NCBI GenBank assembly: GCA_035281645.1
Contig: DATEDN010000145.1
Span: 1,684 to 65,683, forward strand
Direction of reading: 5' to 3'
Length of the DNA stretch: 64,000 bases
Origin: Acidimicrobiia bacterium
GTDB taxonomy: Bacteria > Actinomycetota > Acidimicrobiia > Spongiisociales > ZC4RG35
How positions within the stretch are numbered: the stretch's first letter is position 1; each line of letters starts with the position of its first letter. The notes beneath the pieces are model-generated. The model was not told the DNA's origin. It searched no databases and was given only the letters and a program-made list of their open reading frames with translations. Shown here in pieces: positions 22,828 to 31,086 of this stretch. A program made the translations under genes and the position numbers.

Positions 22828-24719
22828 GAGGCTTGCTCCATCAGTCCGAGGACGGCAGCTTCGATTTCTCCGACCTTGAAGGGCTCGCCGGCAACCTTGT
22901 TGAGACCCTTGGCGTCGATCAAGTACTCGCCTCGGATCAACCTCCGGAGCTGACCGTTGTTGAGCTCGGGAATGAGAACCGTCCGGTAGGAGGACAGAAC
23001 CTTGCCCAGATTGGAAGGGAACGGATTGAGATGGCGGAGGTGGGCGATGGCGATCGGCTTTCCCCGATTGCGGAGCCGGTTGGCGGTGGCCCGGATCGCT
23101 CCGTAGGTGGAACCCCACCCCAGGATCAGGATCTCCGCCCCGGGGTCGGCCTTGACTTCGATCTCGGGAATGTCAGAGGCGATATTGGCGATCTTCCAGG
23201 CCCTGGTGTCGGTCATCAGCTGGTGGTTGTCGGGGTCGTATGACACGTTCCCGGTGACCGCCTCCTTCTCCAGCCCCCCGACCCGATGTTCGAGGCCGGC
23301 CGTCCCTGGGACTGCCCAGGGCCGGGCGAAAGTCTCGTAGTTGCGCTCGTATGGAAGGAAATGGCCTCCTCCATTCGGCGAGACCGCGAACGGAACCGAT
23401 ATGTCGGGCAAGGTTTCAACGTCGGGGAGCAACCAAGGTTCGGATGAGTTGGCGACGTGGTTATCGGACATCAAGATGACCGGGGTCATGTATTTGATGG
23501 CGATCCGGGCCGCCTCGATCGCCAGATCGAAGGCCTCGGCCGGGGTCGGGATGGCGATCACGGGCACCGGCGCTTCTCCATGACGCCCGAACATGGCGAT
23601 GTAGAGATCCGACTGCTCGACCTTGGTGGGCATTCCGGTCGAGGGACCTGCCCTTTGCACGTCCACCAGGATCAGCGGAAGCTCGGTGTTAATGGCGAGC
23701 GACATGGCTTCGCTCTTCAGCGCCACCCCTGGGCCGGAGGTGCCGGTCACCCCGAGGTTGCCGGCGAATGAGGCGCCGATCACGGCGCCGATGGCGGCAA
23801 TCTCGTCTTCGGCTTGGAACGTGCGCACGCCGAAGTTCTTGTGCATCGACAGCTCGTGGAGGATGTCGGAGGCGGGAGTGATGGGATAGGTGCCGTAAAA
23901 GAGGGGGAGCTTTGCGCACTGGGCGGCGGCGATCAGACCCCAAGCCAGCGCCGTGTTCCCGGTGACGTTGGTGTAGGTGCCGGGGCGCAGGGCGGCGGGG
24001 CGAACCTCAAAGGTCGTCTTGGTGGCCTCGGTGGTGAAGCCAAAGTTCCAGCCGGCCCGGAGGGCGGAGATGTTGGCCGCCACCACCGATGGCTTCTTGG
24101 CGAACTTGGCCTCGACCCAATCGATGGTCGGTTCCAGGGGTCGGTTGAAAAGCCACGCCAGGAGACCGAGGGCAAAGAAGTTCTTCGATCTGAGGACGTC
24201 GCGACCGCTGACCCCGCTGTCTTTGACCGCCTCCTTAGTGAGGCTGTCCATTGGAATCTCGATCACCCGGTAGATCTGGGCGAGGTCGGTTTCGAGCGGG
24301 TTCTCCTTATAACCGGCCTTGACCAGATTGCGCTCGTCAAATGCCTCGGTGTTGACGATCAGGGTTCCCCCCGGGCGCAGGTCCTTGAGATTGGTTCGCA
24401 GGGCGGCTGGGTTCATCGCCACCAGGCAGTCGGGGGCGTCGCCGGCGGTGAGGATGTCGTAGTCGGCGATCTGGACCTGGAACGAGGAGACGCCGGGCAG
24501 CGTCCCTGCCGGGGCCCGGATCTCGGCCGGGAAGGAGGGGAGGGTGGAGAGATCGTTGCCGAAGTAGGCGGAAGCATCGGTAAATCGACTTCCAGCCACC
24601 TGCATGCCGTCGCCGGAGTCTCCGGCGAAACGGATCACGATCTTGTCTACGGTCAGTCGGTCGTTGGGGTGGTCGGTCTGGTTCTTATCGGCCTCGAGAG
24701 GCGGGGCAATGGTCTCCAC
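22824..24719 (-). CDS. korA: 2-oxoacid:ferredoxin oxidoreductase subunit alpha
   Basis: 631 aa. Blocks typical of KorA: RFAGDSGDGMQ, GTYPITPASDILH and GASFAGNLGVTGTSGPG. Confidence 0.92.
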   Translation of the reverse strand: METIAPPLEADKNQTDHPNDRLTVDKIVIRFAGDSGDGMQVAGSRFTDASAYFGNDLSTLPSFPAEIRAPAGTLPGVSSFQVQIADYDILTAGDAPDCLVAMNPAALRTNLKDLRPGGTLIVNTEAFDERNLVKAGYKENPLETDLAQIYRVIEIPMDSLTKEAVKDSGVSGRDVLRSKNFFALGLLAWLFNRPLEPTIDWVEAKFAKKPSVVAANISALRAGWNFGFTTEATKTTFEVRPAALRPGTYTNVTGNTALAWGLIAAAQCAKLPLFYGTYPITPASDILHELSMHKNFGVRTFQAEDEIAAIGAVIGASFAGNLGVTGTSGPGVALKSEAMSLAINTELPLILVDVQRAGPSTGMPTKVEQSDLYIAMFGRHGEAPVPVIAIPTPAEAFDLAIEAARIAIKYMTPVILMSDNHVANSSEPWLLPDVETLPDISVPFAVSPNGGGHFLPYERNYETFARPWAVPGTAGLEHRVGGLEKEAVTGNVSYDPDNHQLMTDTRAWKIANIASDIPEIEVKADPGAEILILGWGSTYGAIRATANRLRNRGKPIAIAHLRHLNPFPSNLGKVLSSYRTVLIPELNNGQLRRLIRGEYLIDAKGLNKVAGEPFKVGEIEAAVLGLMEQAS

Positions 24720-24864
24720 TTTGGTTTCTTGCTAGACGTTGATGATTCATCGGTCGGTTGTCTTTTCTTCTTCGGGAATCTTCGGCTGCTCGAGGCCAAA
24801 GGTTCAGCTCGAGGCCGCACAATCCCCACCACGCATCCTAGGGCTGCTTTGTTTTACGTAGGCG

Positions 24865-26127
24865 TCACCTGAGGATGTGGTGGGGCGGCAGTCTCATTCC
24901 AGCCATCCCCTCGTCTTCGAGGCGGGCGGCGAAGGCCAGCAATGCCCTCTCCCGCCACCAGGGAGCGATGATCTGGAGGGAAGGAGGGGGCAGCGCCGCT
25001 TGGTCTCCCATGGTCAGCGGGATCACCATCGCCGGCAGCCCGGCGTGGTTCACCAGGGACGAGAACCACGAGAGAACCGATCGGTAGTGGTGCTCGCCGA
25101 TTCGATCGTCACCGATGACTTTCCGACGGGCCGCCACCGCCGGCGTGATGAGCAAGTCCACCCGCTCGAAGGCCGAAGCGAAAGCTTCGACCAGGAAAGC
25201 CCGCCATCGGTGAGCCGCCGCGTAGTCAGCCCCTGTCACTTGTTCTGCAGCTTCGAGGCGGAGATCGACTTCAGGCCCATAGGGCTTTCCTTCCGATCGA
25301 AATGGGCGGTGGACCGAAGCTGCCTCGAACCCGACCAGCTCCACCGTCTTCCCCCACGGCACCAGGGAGGGCTCGTCGACCTCCACCACTTCCAGCCCGA
25401 GCCCGATGAGGTCGTCGCGCACCCGCCCAAACCAGTAGGAAAGTCCTTCCTCAGCAGGGGCTTGACTCACCCACCCCGACGGCACCCCCAGACGACGGGG
25501 TGCGGGGAAGATTGGCTCGCTCCCGGCCCCGGAGAGGGCGTCATAAACCTCGGAGAGGGTTTTCGCGTCCCGCGCCATCGGGCCGATGGTGTCGAGCGAG
25601 GGAGCAAGGGGGAAGCTGCCGCCGGTGGGGACTCGTCCCCAAGTCGTCTTGAGTCCGTAAATGCCGGTGAGGGCGGCGGGCACCCGGATCGATCCACCGG
25701 TGTCGGTGCCGAGAGCGGCAGGGACCAGGCCGGCGGCGACGGCCACCGCCGAACCCCCCGAGGAGCCACCGGGGGAGGTGGCGAGGTCCCAGGGGTTGCG
25801 GATGGGCCCGAACCATGGATTCTCGGAGGAGAAACCGTAGGCCCACTCGTGGAGTCCGCTCCGGCCAACCACGCTCGCTCCGGCTTGCCGGAGCCGCTGG
25901 ATCACCGGGGCGTCAGAGGTGGGGATGCGACGGTAGAACCCGGATCCGCAGGTAGTGGGAAGGTCTTCCTGATCGATGATGTCTTTGACCACCACGGCCA
26001 AGCCCCCGAGCGGACCAGATACCTCACGCTGGGGCCGATGATCGATCAGCGTGCAGGCGTTGAGAAGATTCTGGTGTTCTTCGAGCCGGGCAAGGGACTC
26101 AGCCGGTGTCCACCAGCTCTCATTCAA
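24865..26127 (-). CDS. Amidase-signature family amidase
   Basis: AS signature GGSSGGSAVAVAAG and GTDTGGSIRVPAA. The TTG start overlaps the upstream gene end by 8 nt (start uncertain). Confidence 0.88.
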   Translation of the reverse strand: MNESWWTPAESLARLEEHQNLLNACTLIDHRPQREVSGPLGGLAVVVKDIIDQEDLPTTCGSGFYRRIPTSDAPVIQRLRQAGASVVGRSGLHEWAYGFSSENPWFGPIRNPWDLATSPGGSSGGSAVAVAAGLVPAALGTDTGGSIRVPAALTGIYGLKTTWGRVPTGGSFPLAPSLDTIGPMARDAKTLSEVYDALSGAGSEPIFPAPRRLGVPSGWVSQAPAEEGLSYWFGRVRDDLIGLGLEVVEVDEPSLVPWGKTVELVGFEAASVHRPFRSEGKPYGPEVDLRLEAAEQVTGADYAAAHRWRAFLVEAFASAFERVDLLITPAVAARRKVIGDDRIGEHHYRSVLSWFSSLVNHAGLPAMVIPLTMGDQAALPPPSLQIIAPWWRERALLAFAARLEDEGMAGMRLPPHHILR

Positions 26128-27169
26128 AGCTGATTCCGTTCTGTTCGGGAACTATCGAGATCCAGAGATACCCGGGCGGGACCGCCATGTCGTCGCCGTT
26201 CAAACCAGTGAGGATGAGATGGTCATCGCTCGACTCCCGCGACCAGGTCCCTTCCAGAACCCCGCCTTGAGAGAAGACGTACGCCGTCCCCGTGCCGACG
26301 GTGTCCATGGCCGGCACGGAAGTCTGACCGGCCGGAGCCTGCTCGGTGTATCTCCGGGCAATGATGACGACCAGCGAATCGGCCGTGATCTCGTAGCTCT
26401 CTCCGTCGGGATCAAGCCCCTCGGATGGGCTCCCGGCGTAGATACGCGCGTACTTGCGGGCGACCGGGTTGTACTCCCAGGTCACGAGGAAGCTGTTGCC
26501 GAAATTCATCACCACCTGGGATGCACGCTCGGCGGACCTCGGCATGTCCTCGAACACGTACCAGGCGGTCGGTGGTTCATTGGAATAGTCGCGTTCGTCG
26601 GCGATCTGGCGAAGTGCCTCTGTGCTCGTGTAGAGATCGTGGGGCGCACGGCGGCCATCGATTCGAAACATGGCCGGACGAACTTCGCCGATGATCCCCT
26701 CGACCTCGGCGCGGAGGCCAGCGATCACCCAGTCTTGCCCACCCGAGATCGCCATCGTGGCGTTGAGCGGGTTGAGGAGCCGGCCGTCGCTCGGCCGGCC
26801 GGACCGGACCGGACCTAGGTACTCGGCGTCCGTGGAATGAAAGAGAGCGATGAAGCGGGTCAGGCCCTCCACCGGCACCTCGATGACCGCTTCGGCAAGG
26901 TCGAGACCGGATTGGGGGCGGGCGTTGGGATGATTGTCGATCTTGACCGCGATCACCCGCCGCTCGAGGTTCTCCGCTTCCTCGACCGGCAACCCATTGA
27001 TGGGCGAGGCTGGAAGCGGCTCAGTGGTGGTCGTGACCGCCTCGGTGGTCGTTGTTGCCTCGGTGGTGGAAGGAGCCTCAGTCGTCGTGGTCACCGAAGT
27101 CGTCGTGGCGAGTGGCGGGGCCGAACAGGCGACACAAAACAGCACTAGAAGAGGGAGGGAACGACGCAT
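26120..27169 (-). CDS. DUF3048-family lipoprotein
   Basis: Lipobox LVLFCVAC, a Thr-rich linker, then RRVIAVKIDNHPNARPQSGL...GLTRFIALFHS, typical of DUF3048. Confidence 0.75.
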   Translation of the reverse strand: MRRSLPLLVLFCVACSAPPLATTTSVTTTTEAPSTTEATTTTEAVTTTTEPLPASPINGLPVEEAENLERRVIAVKIDNHPNARPQSGLDLAEAVIEVPVEGLTRFIALFHSTDAEYLGPVRSGRPSDGRLLNPLNATMAISGGQDWVIAGLRAEVEGIIGEVRPAMFRIDGRRAPHDLYTSTEALRQIADERDYSNEPPTAWYVFEDMPRSAERASQVVMNFGNSFLVTWEYNPVARKYARIYAGSPSEGLDPDGESYEITADSLVVIIARRYTEQAPAGQTSVPAMDTVGTGTAYVFSQGGVLEGTWSRESSDDHLILTGLNGDDMAVPPGYLWISIVPEQNGISFE

Positions 27170-27260
27170 GAGCCGCTCGATCCTAAGACTGGCCGACGAC
27201 TTATCGAAAGGTCACCGGTCCAGATCAAGGTGACCAATTTGGCCAAGGACGGTGCGAAGC

Positions 27261-27659
27261 TCAGCGGTTGAGGCTTCCCTGCACCGGCAAGTGGGGCAAG
27301 GCACCTTCGGGCTCATCGACCACGATGGCCAACTCGGTCTCGGCGGGAGTCGTATGGAGCGTGTAGACCGCGTCGATGTTGATGTTGGCGTCGGCCAGGT
27401 TTCGGGCAATGGCCGCAAACTCTCCTGGCGTGTTGGGTACGACGGCTTTCAGCACCTGAAACTCGTCGGCCACCACTCCGGCACTGTCAAGAGCGCGGCG
27501 AGCACGATCGGCATCGTCGACGATGATTCTGATGAGGCCTTCACCATCGAAACCGAAGGCGGTGAGAGCTTCGATGTTGACCCCGGCTTGGGCCAGAACC
27601 TCAGCGAGGCTGGCCAGTTGCCCCGGCCTGTTGTCCATGCGGACCACAAACTCGGTCAT
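27261..27659 (-). CDS. Tandem ACT-domain protein
   Basis: 132 aa with two repeats of the ACT pattern (RMDNRPGQLASLAEVLAQAGVNIEAL and VPNTPGEFAAIARNLADANINIDAV). Confidence 0.75.
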   Translation of the reverse strand: MTEFVVRMDNRPGQLASLAEVLAQAGVNIEALTAFGFDGEGLIRIIVDDADRARRALDSAGVVADEFQVLKAVVPNTPGEFAAIARNLADANINIDAVYTLHTTPAETELAIVVDEPEGALPHLPVQGSLNR

Positions 27660-27726
27660 GACGAAAACCTAGTACGGATTGGGAACCGATGGGTGGGCTA
27701 GGTCGGGCCCACTCTAAGGTTTGAGG

Positions 27727-28449
27727 ATGCCTGGCCGGCATCAGCAGTCGAGCACGCGTCTGGGACCCGTGCTGTTGGTGATCGCCGGTTTGGCTGTCGT
27801 GGTCTCAATAATCCTGGCGCTGCGAGGCGAGGAATCCGAAACATCCACAACCCTCGCCGTTGCCCTCAGCCCAACAACGGTTGCGCCCACCTCGACGCCG
27901 CCGACGATTCCCAGTTCGACCACAACCACCATCGTCGCGACGACGCTGGCCGACCCCCTCGCCTCCCTATTCCTGGCCGGCGATGGCATCGGTGAGATCG
28001 AGCTGGGCACGCCCGCGGAGGCTGCCATCACCCAGTTTTCGGCGACCCTTGGCCCCCCCGACGACGACACCGAATGGACCTCGAGCCTGGGGACGTGTCC
28101 CGGAACCGAATCAAGGATCGTGCGCTGGTCGAGCCTGCAGATCTTCCTCACCAATGGTGAGACTGCCTGGGCCACCGAGCCGCACTTCTTCCACTACGGC
28201 CAATCCCTGGCGGCCGGTGGAGGCGAGTATCTCGATCTCCGTACCCAAAAGGGGATCGGGATCGGCAGCACGATCTCAGAGTTGAAATTGGCATACGGCG
28301 AGGCCGTCGTCGTCGGCGATGATCCGGCTTTCGGTCCCTACTGGGAAGTGACGGAAACTGATCCTTCGTACCTGTGGGGGACCGCGACCGGTGTTGGTGA
28401 TGATTCAGTCATCGACGCTTTGTCCGGCGGCGCCGGTTGCGGCGAGTAG
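27727..28449 (+). CDS. Hypothetical membrane-anchored/secreted protein with Thr/Pro-rich linker
   Basis: N-terminal TM/signal helix LGPVLLVIAGLAVVVSIILAL, a T/P/S linker, and a roughly 160-aa domain of no recognised family. Start is ATG 27727 or TTG 27721. Confidence 0.5.
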   Translation: MPGRHQQSSTRLGPVLLVIAGLAVVVSIILALRGEESETSTTLAVALSPTTVAPTSTPPTIPSSTTTTIVATTLADPLASLFLAGDGIGEIELGTPAEAAITQFSATLGPPDDDTEWTSSLGTCPGTESRIVRWSSLQIFLTNGETAWATEPHFFHYGQSLAAGGGEYLDLRTQKGIGIGSTISELKLAYGEAVVVGDDPAFGPYWEVTETDPSYLWGTATGVGDDSVIDALSGGAGCGE

Positions 28450-28858
28450 CGATCAACATTCCATGGGTTGGCACCGGACCAAAGCGGCGGCTGTCGTCGA
28501 CGGTGGCAGATCGATTGTCGGAGAGAACGAAAGCGGCTTCCTGGTCGACAAGCCATCGACCTTCGGGGAAGGTCGGGCCTCGGCCCCAAAGGTCGAGACC
28601 GGATTGGCCATCGATCAGGAGCTCGCCGAAGTCGAGATCGATCTGCTCGCCGGGCAGACCGACGACTCGTTTGACGAGCCAAAACTCGGGTATGAGAGGG
28701 TGGACAAAGACGGCGATCGCCCCTCGGGGTGGGATGCCATGGAGGCGAGTACACCAGAGGCGATCGCCGTCGACAAGGGCTGGTTCCATCGAGCGATCGG
28801 CTACGACGAATCTCGGCACGGGGCGATCGAGTATGTTCGACTGCCCGGGGCCGTACAA
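28409..28858 (-). CDS. sodX: S26-family peptidase, NiSOD maturation protease-like
   Basis: Signal-peptidase motifs RSMEPAL (Ser), LVKRVVGLPGE (Lys) and SDNRSATVDDSRRFGPV. Divergently adjacent to sodN. Confidence 0.8.
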   Translation of the reverse strand: MYGPGQSNILDRPVPRFVVADRSMEPALVDGDRLWCTRLHGIPPRGAIAVFVHPLIPEFWLVKRVVGLPGEQIDLDFGELLIDGQSGLDLWGRGPTFPEGRWLVDQEAAFVLSDNRSATVDDSRRFGPVPTHGMLIATRRNRRRRTKRR

Positions 28859-28892
28859 CTAGCCCGGTCCTGAGGAGAAGGAGGATTCCCCC

Positions 28893-29327
28893 ATGGGTCT
28901 GTTCACATCGGTGAGAGGATTTTCCGAGTTGAAGGTCGCGCATGCTCACTGCGACTTGATGTGTGGCGTGTATGACCCCGCTCAGGCAAAGATCGAAGCG
29001 ATGTCGGTGCTCAAAGCCTGTGAAAAACTGGCCGCGAGCGACGACGAGGTCTTCAAGGACCGCGCCGTGATAATCAAAGAGCAGCGTGCAGATCTGGTGA
29101 AGCATCACCTCTCGGTCCTATGGAGCGATTTCTTCAAGCCGCACCACGTCGAGGCGTTCCCCGACCTCCACGAAAAGTTCTGGATGGCGATCAAGGCGGC
29201 GGGTGATGCCAAGAAGTCAAACGACGCCAAAGTGGCGCAGAAGCTGATCGACGCCATCGACGAGATCTCCGACATCTTCTGGCAGACCGAGGAATCGAAG
29301 GCGAGCGGGGTCTACCCTCCAGCCTGA
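28893..29327 (+). CDS. sodN: Nickel-containing superoxide dismutase precursor
   Basis: SD AGGAGG upstream. An 18-aa pro-peptide is followed by the Ni-hook HCDLMCGVYDP. The rest is a four-helix-bundle-like sequence of about 125 aa. Confidence 0.92.
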   Translation: MGLFTSVRGFSELKVAHAHCDLMCGVYDPAQAKIEAMSVLKACEKLAASDDEVFKDRAVIIKEQRADLVKHHLSVLWSDFFKPHHVEAFPDLHEKFWMAIKAAGDAKKSNDAKVAQKLIDAIDEISDIFWQTEESKASGVYPPA

Positions 29328-29330
29328 CCC

Positions 29331-29381
29331 GAACCCAGGGTTGGGAGGACGGTGGTACCGCCCTCCGAGCCCACAGAACGA
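29331..29381 (+). repeat. 51-nt intergenic element, copy A (second copy at 48051-48101)
   Basis: GAACCCAGGGTT...AGCCCACAGAACGA. 38 of 51 positions are identical to copy B without gaps. The first 12 nt are identical and the last 14 nt differ at one position. Begins 4 nt after the sodN stop. Confidence 0.7.
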
Positions 29382-29402
29382 TCGCCGGTTCGGAAGAATC
29401 GC

Positions 29403-30791
29403 ATGCATCTCGACGCCATCGCCGACGCCGACCCGTATCCATACTGGCTCGACGACGTCGATGAACCTGAGTCGAACTCGACCCTCGTTCGCATCGAGGA
29501 CTGCGATTTGGCGGTTGTGGGCGGTGGCTACACGGGGCTTTGGACCGCCATCCTCGCCAAGGAACGAGATCCATCCCGAGACGTCGTTCTCATCGAGGCC
29601 TTCTCCGTGGGCTCAGGCGCCAGTGGTCGCAACGGCGGATTCCTGGAGTCGAGCCTGACCCATGGTGTGGCGAATGGGATGGCGCGGTTCGGGGACGAGT
29701 TGGCGGTCCTCGAGCAGTTGGGTCTGGAGAATCTCGACGCCATCGAGGCAGCCATTGTCCGGTACCAGATCGATTGCGACTTTGAACGCACGGGAGTGAT
29801 AGACGTCACCACCTCCGAACAGGGTGTGGAGGATTTTGCCGACGACCTCGCCCTGCTCTCCTCGCTCGGACAAGACGTCGAATTGCTCGATGAGACCTCC
29901 ATGCGTCAACAGGTCGACTCGCCGACCTATCGCGGTGGACTTTGGCGCAAAGGGCGCGCCGCCCTCGTCGACCCCGCCCGACTGGCCTGGGGCCTCAAGG
30001 CAGCCGCCGCGTCGCACGGGGTGCGGATTTACGAGGATTCCAAGGCGACGAGCCTCCGCCAGGATGGCAGTGGCATCCTGGTCAAGACCCCGCTCGGCGG
30101 TGTGAGAGCGGCGAAGGTGGCGCTCGCCACCAACGCCTTCAAGCCCTTGTTGCGACGCATCGGCCGATACATCGTTCCCGTTTACGACTACGCGATGGTC
30201 ACTGAGCCGCTCAGTTCTTCGCAGATGGCCGAGATCGGATGGTCAGGCCGACAGGGCCTCTCGGATTACGCGAACCAGTTTCACTACTACCGCTTGACCG
30301 AGGACAACCGGATCCTCTGGGGCGGGTACGACGCCATTTATTACTGGCGGGGACAGGTGAACCCCCTGCTCGAGCAGCGTCCCGAAACCTTCGCCCTCCT
30401 CAGCCAACACTTCTTCGAGACATTCCCTCAGCTCGAGGGAACGAAGTTCACCCACGTATGGGGTGGTGCGATCGACACCTGTACCCGGTTCTCGGTGTTC
30501 TGGGGGACGGGCCTCTCGAAGCGGGTCGGCTACGCCCTGGGTTACACCGGCTTGGGCGCGGCGGCGGCCCGCTTCGGGGGAGAAGTGATGCTCAATCTTC
30601 TCGACGGCGACCGCACCAAGGCCACGAGCCTTCGCTTTGTGCAAAAAAAACCGCTGCCCTTCCCCCCGGAGCCCTTCCGCTTCCTCGGCATTCAGCTCAC
30701 CCGCTGGTCACTTCGGAGCGAGGATCGCACCGGCAAACGCAACTTCTGGTTGCGACTCTTGGATCGATTGGGTCTCGGCTTCGACAGTTAG
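29403..30791 (+). CDS. FAD-dependent oxidoreductase (DAO family)
   Basis: Dinucleotide fold DLAVVGGGYTGLWTAILAKE and GASGRNGGF. ATG 29403 is preferred. GTG 29352 lies inside the repeat element. Confidence 0.85.
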   Translation: MHLDAIADADPYPYWLDDVDEPESNSTLVRIEDCDLAVVGGGYTGLWTAILAKERDPSRDVVLIEAFSVGSGASGRNGGFLESSLTHGVANGMARFGDELAVLEQLGLENLDAIEAAIVRYQIDCDFERTGVIDVTTSEQGVEDFADDLALLSSLGQDVELLDETSMRQQVDSPTYRGGLWRKGRAALVDPARLAWGLKAAAASHGVRIYEDSKATSLRQDGSGILVKTPLGGVRAAKVALATNAFKPLLRRIGRYIVPVYDYAMVTEPLSSSQMAEIGWSGRQGLSDYANQFHYYRLTEDNRILWGGYDAIYYWRGQVNPLLEQRPETFALLSQHFFETFPQLEGTKFTHVWGGAIDTCTRFSVFWGTGLSKRVGYALGYTGLGAAAARFGGEVMLNLLDGDRTKATSLRFVQKKPLPFPPEPFRFLGIQLTRWSLRSEDRTGKRNFWLRLLDRLGLGFDS

Positions 30792-31075
30792 GCGGCGGCG
30801 CCCGGTTTCTTGGCTCCGGGCTTTTGGACCTTCTCCTTGATGTTGTAGGCCTTGGCTTTGGCCGTGTCGAGGAGGCGCCGTGCCCACAAGAACTCGGTGG
30901 CGAGGACAGCGAGGCCGGCGAAGATCAAGAGCCATCCGGGAACGATGGGGAGAAGCAAACCAATCAGGCCGGCAAGAACCATGATGGTCCCCGCCACGAC
31001 GGCCACGATTCGAATCAGGAGCGGGCGTCGAGCCCTTTCCAAGACTTCTTCGTCGGTAGTTGCGGGGGTTTGCAT
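30788..31075 (-). CDS. PGPGW-domain small membrane protein
   Basis: Start at the Met of MQTPATTDEEV, which avoids overlap with metG. Contains LLLPIVPGWLLIFAGLAVLATEFLWARRL. Confidence 0.7.
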   Translation of the reverse strand: MQTPATTDEEVLERARRPLLIRIVAVVAGTIMVLAGLIGLLLPIVPGWLLIFAGLAVLATEFLWARRLLDTAKAKAYNIKEKVQKPGAKKPGAAA

Positions 31076-31086
31076 GATCTGTGACG

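Noticed and set aside
24788-24816. 10-bp direct repeat GCTCGAGGCC occurring twice, 19 nt apart, in the relatively AT-rich korA upstream region.
   Set aside because: It is too short to distinguish from chance without comparative data. I note it only as a place to look for a korAB regulator site.
27210-27235. Hairpin GGTCACC-N12-GGTGACC between the ACT-domain gene and the DUF3048 gene.
   Set aside because: A 7-bp stem with a 12-nt loop and a poor U-tract is too weak to call a terminator or attenuator.
29352-29402. Possible conserved leader peptide starting at GTG GTA CC inside both copies of the 51-nt element (MVPPSEPTER.. and MVPAPCQPAER..).
   Set aside because: The GTG has no properly spaced SD. 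In copy B the frame differs from the downstream gene and runs on for 89 codons of low-complexity sequence. The similarity is explained by the nucleotide conservation itself.
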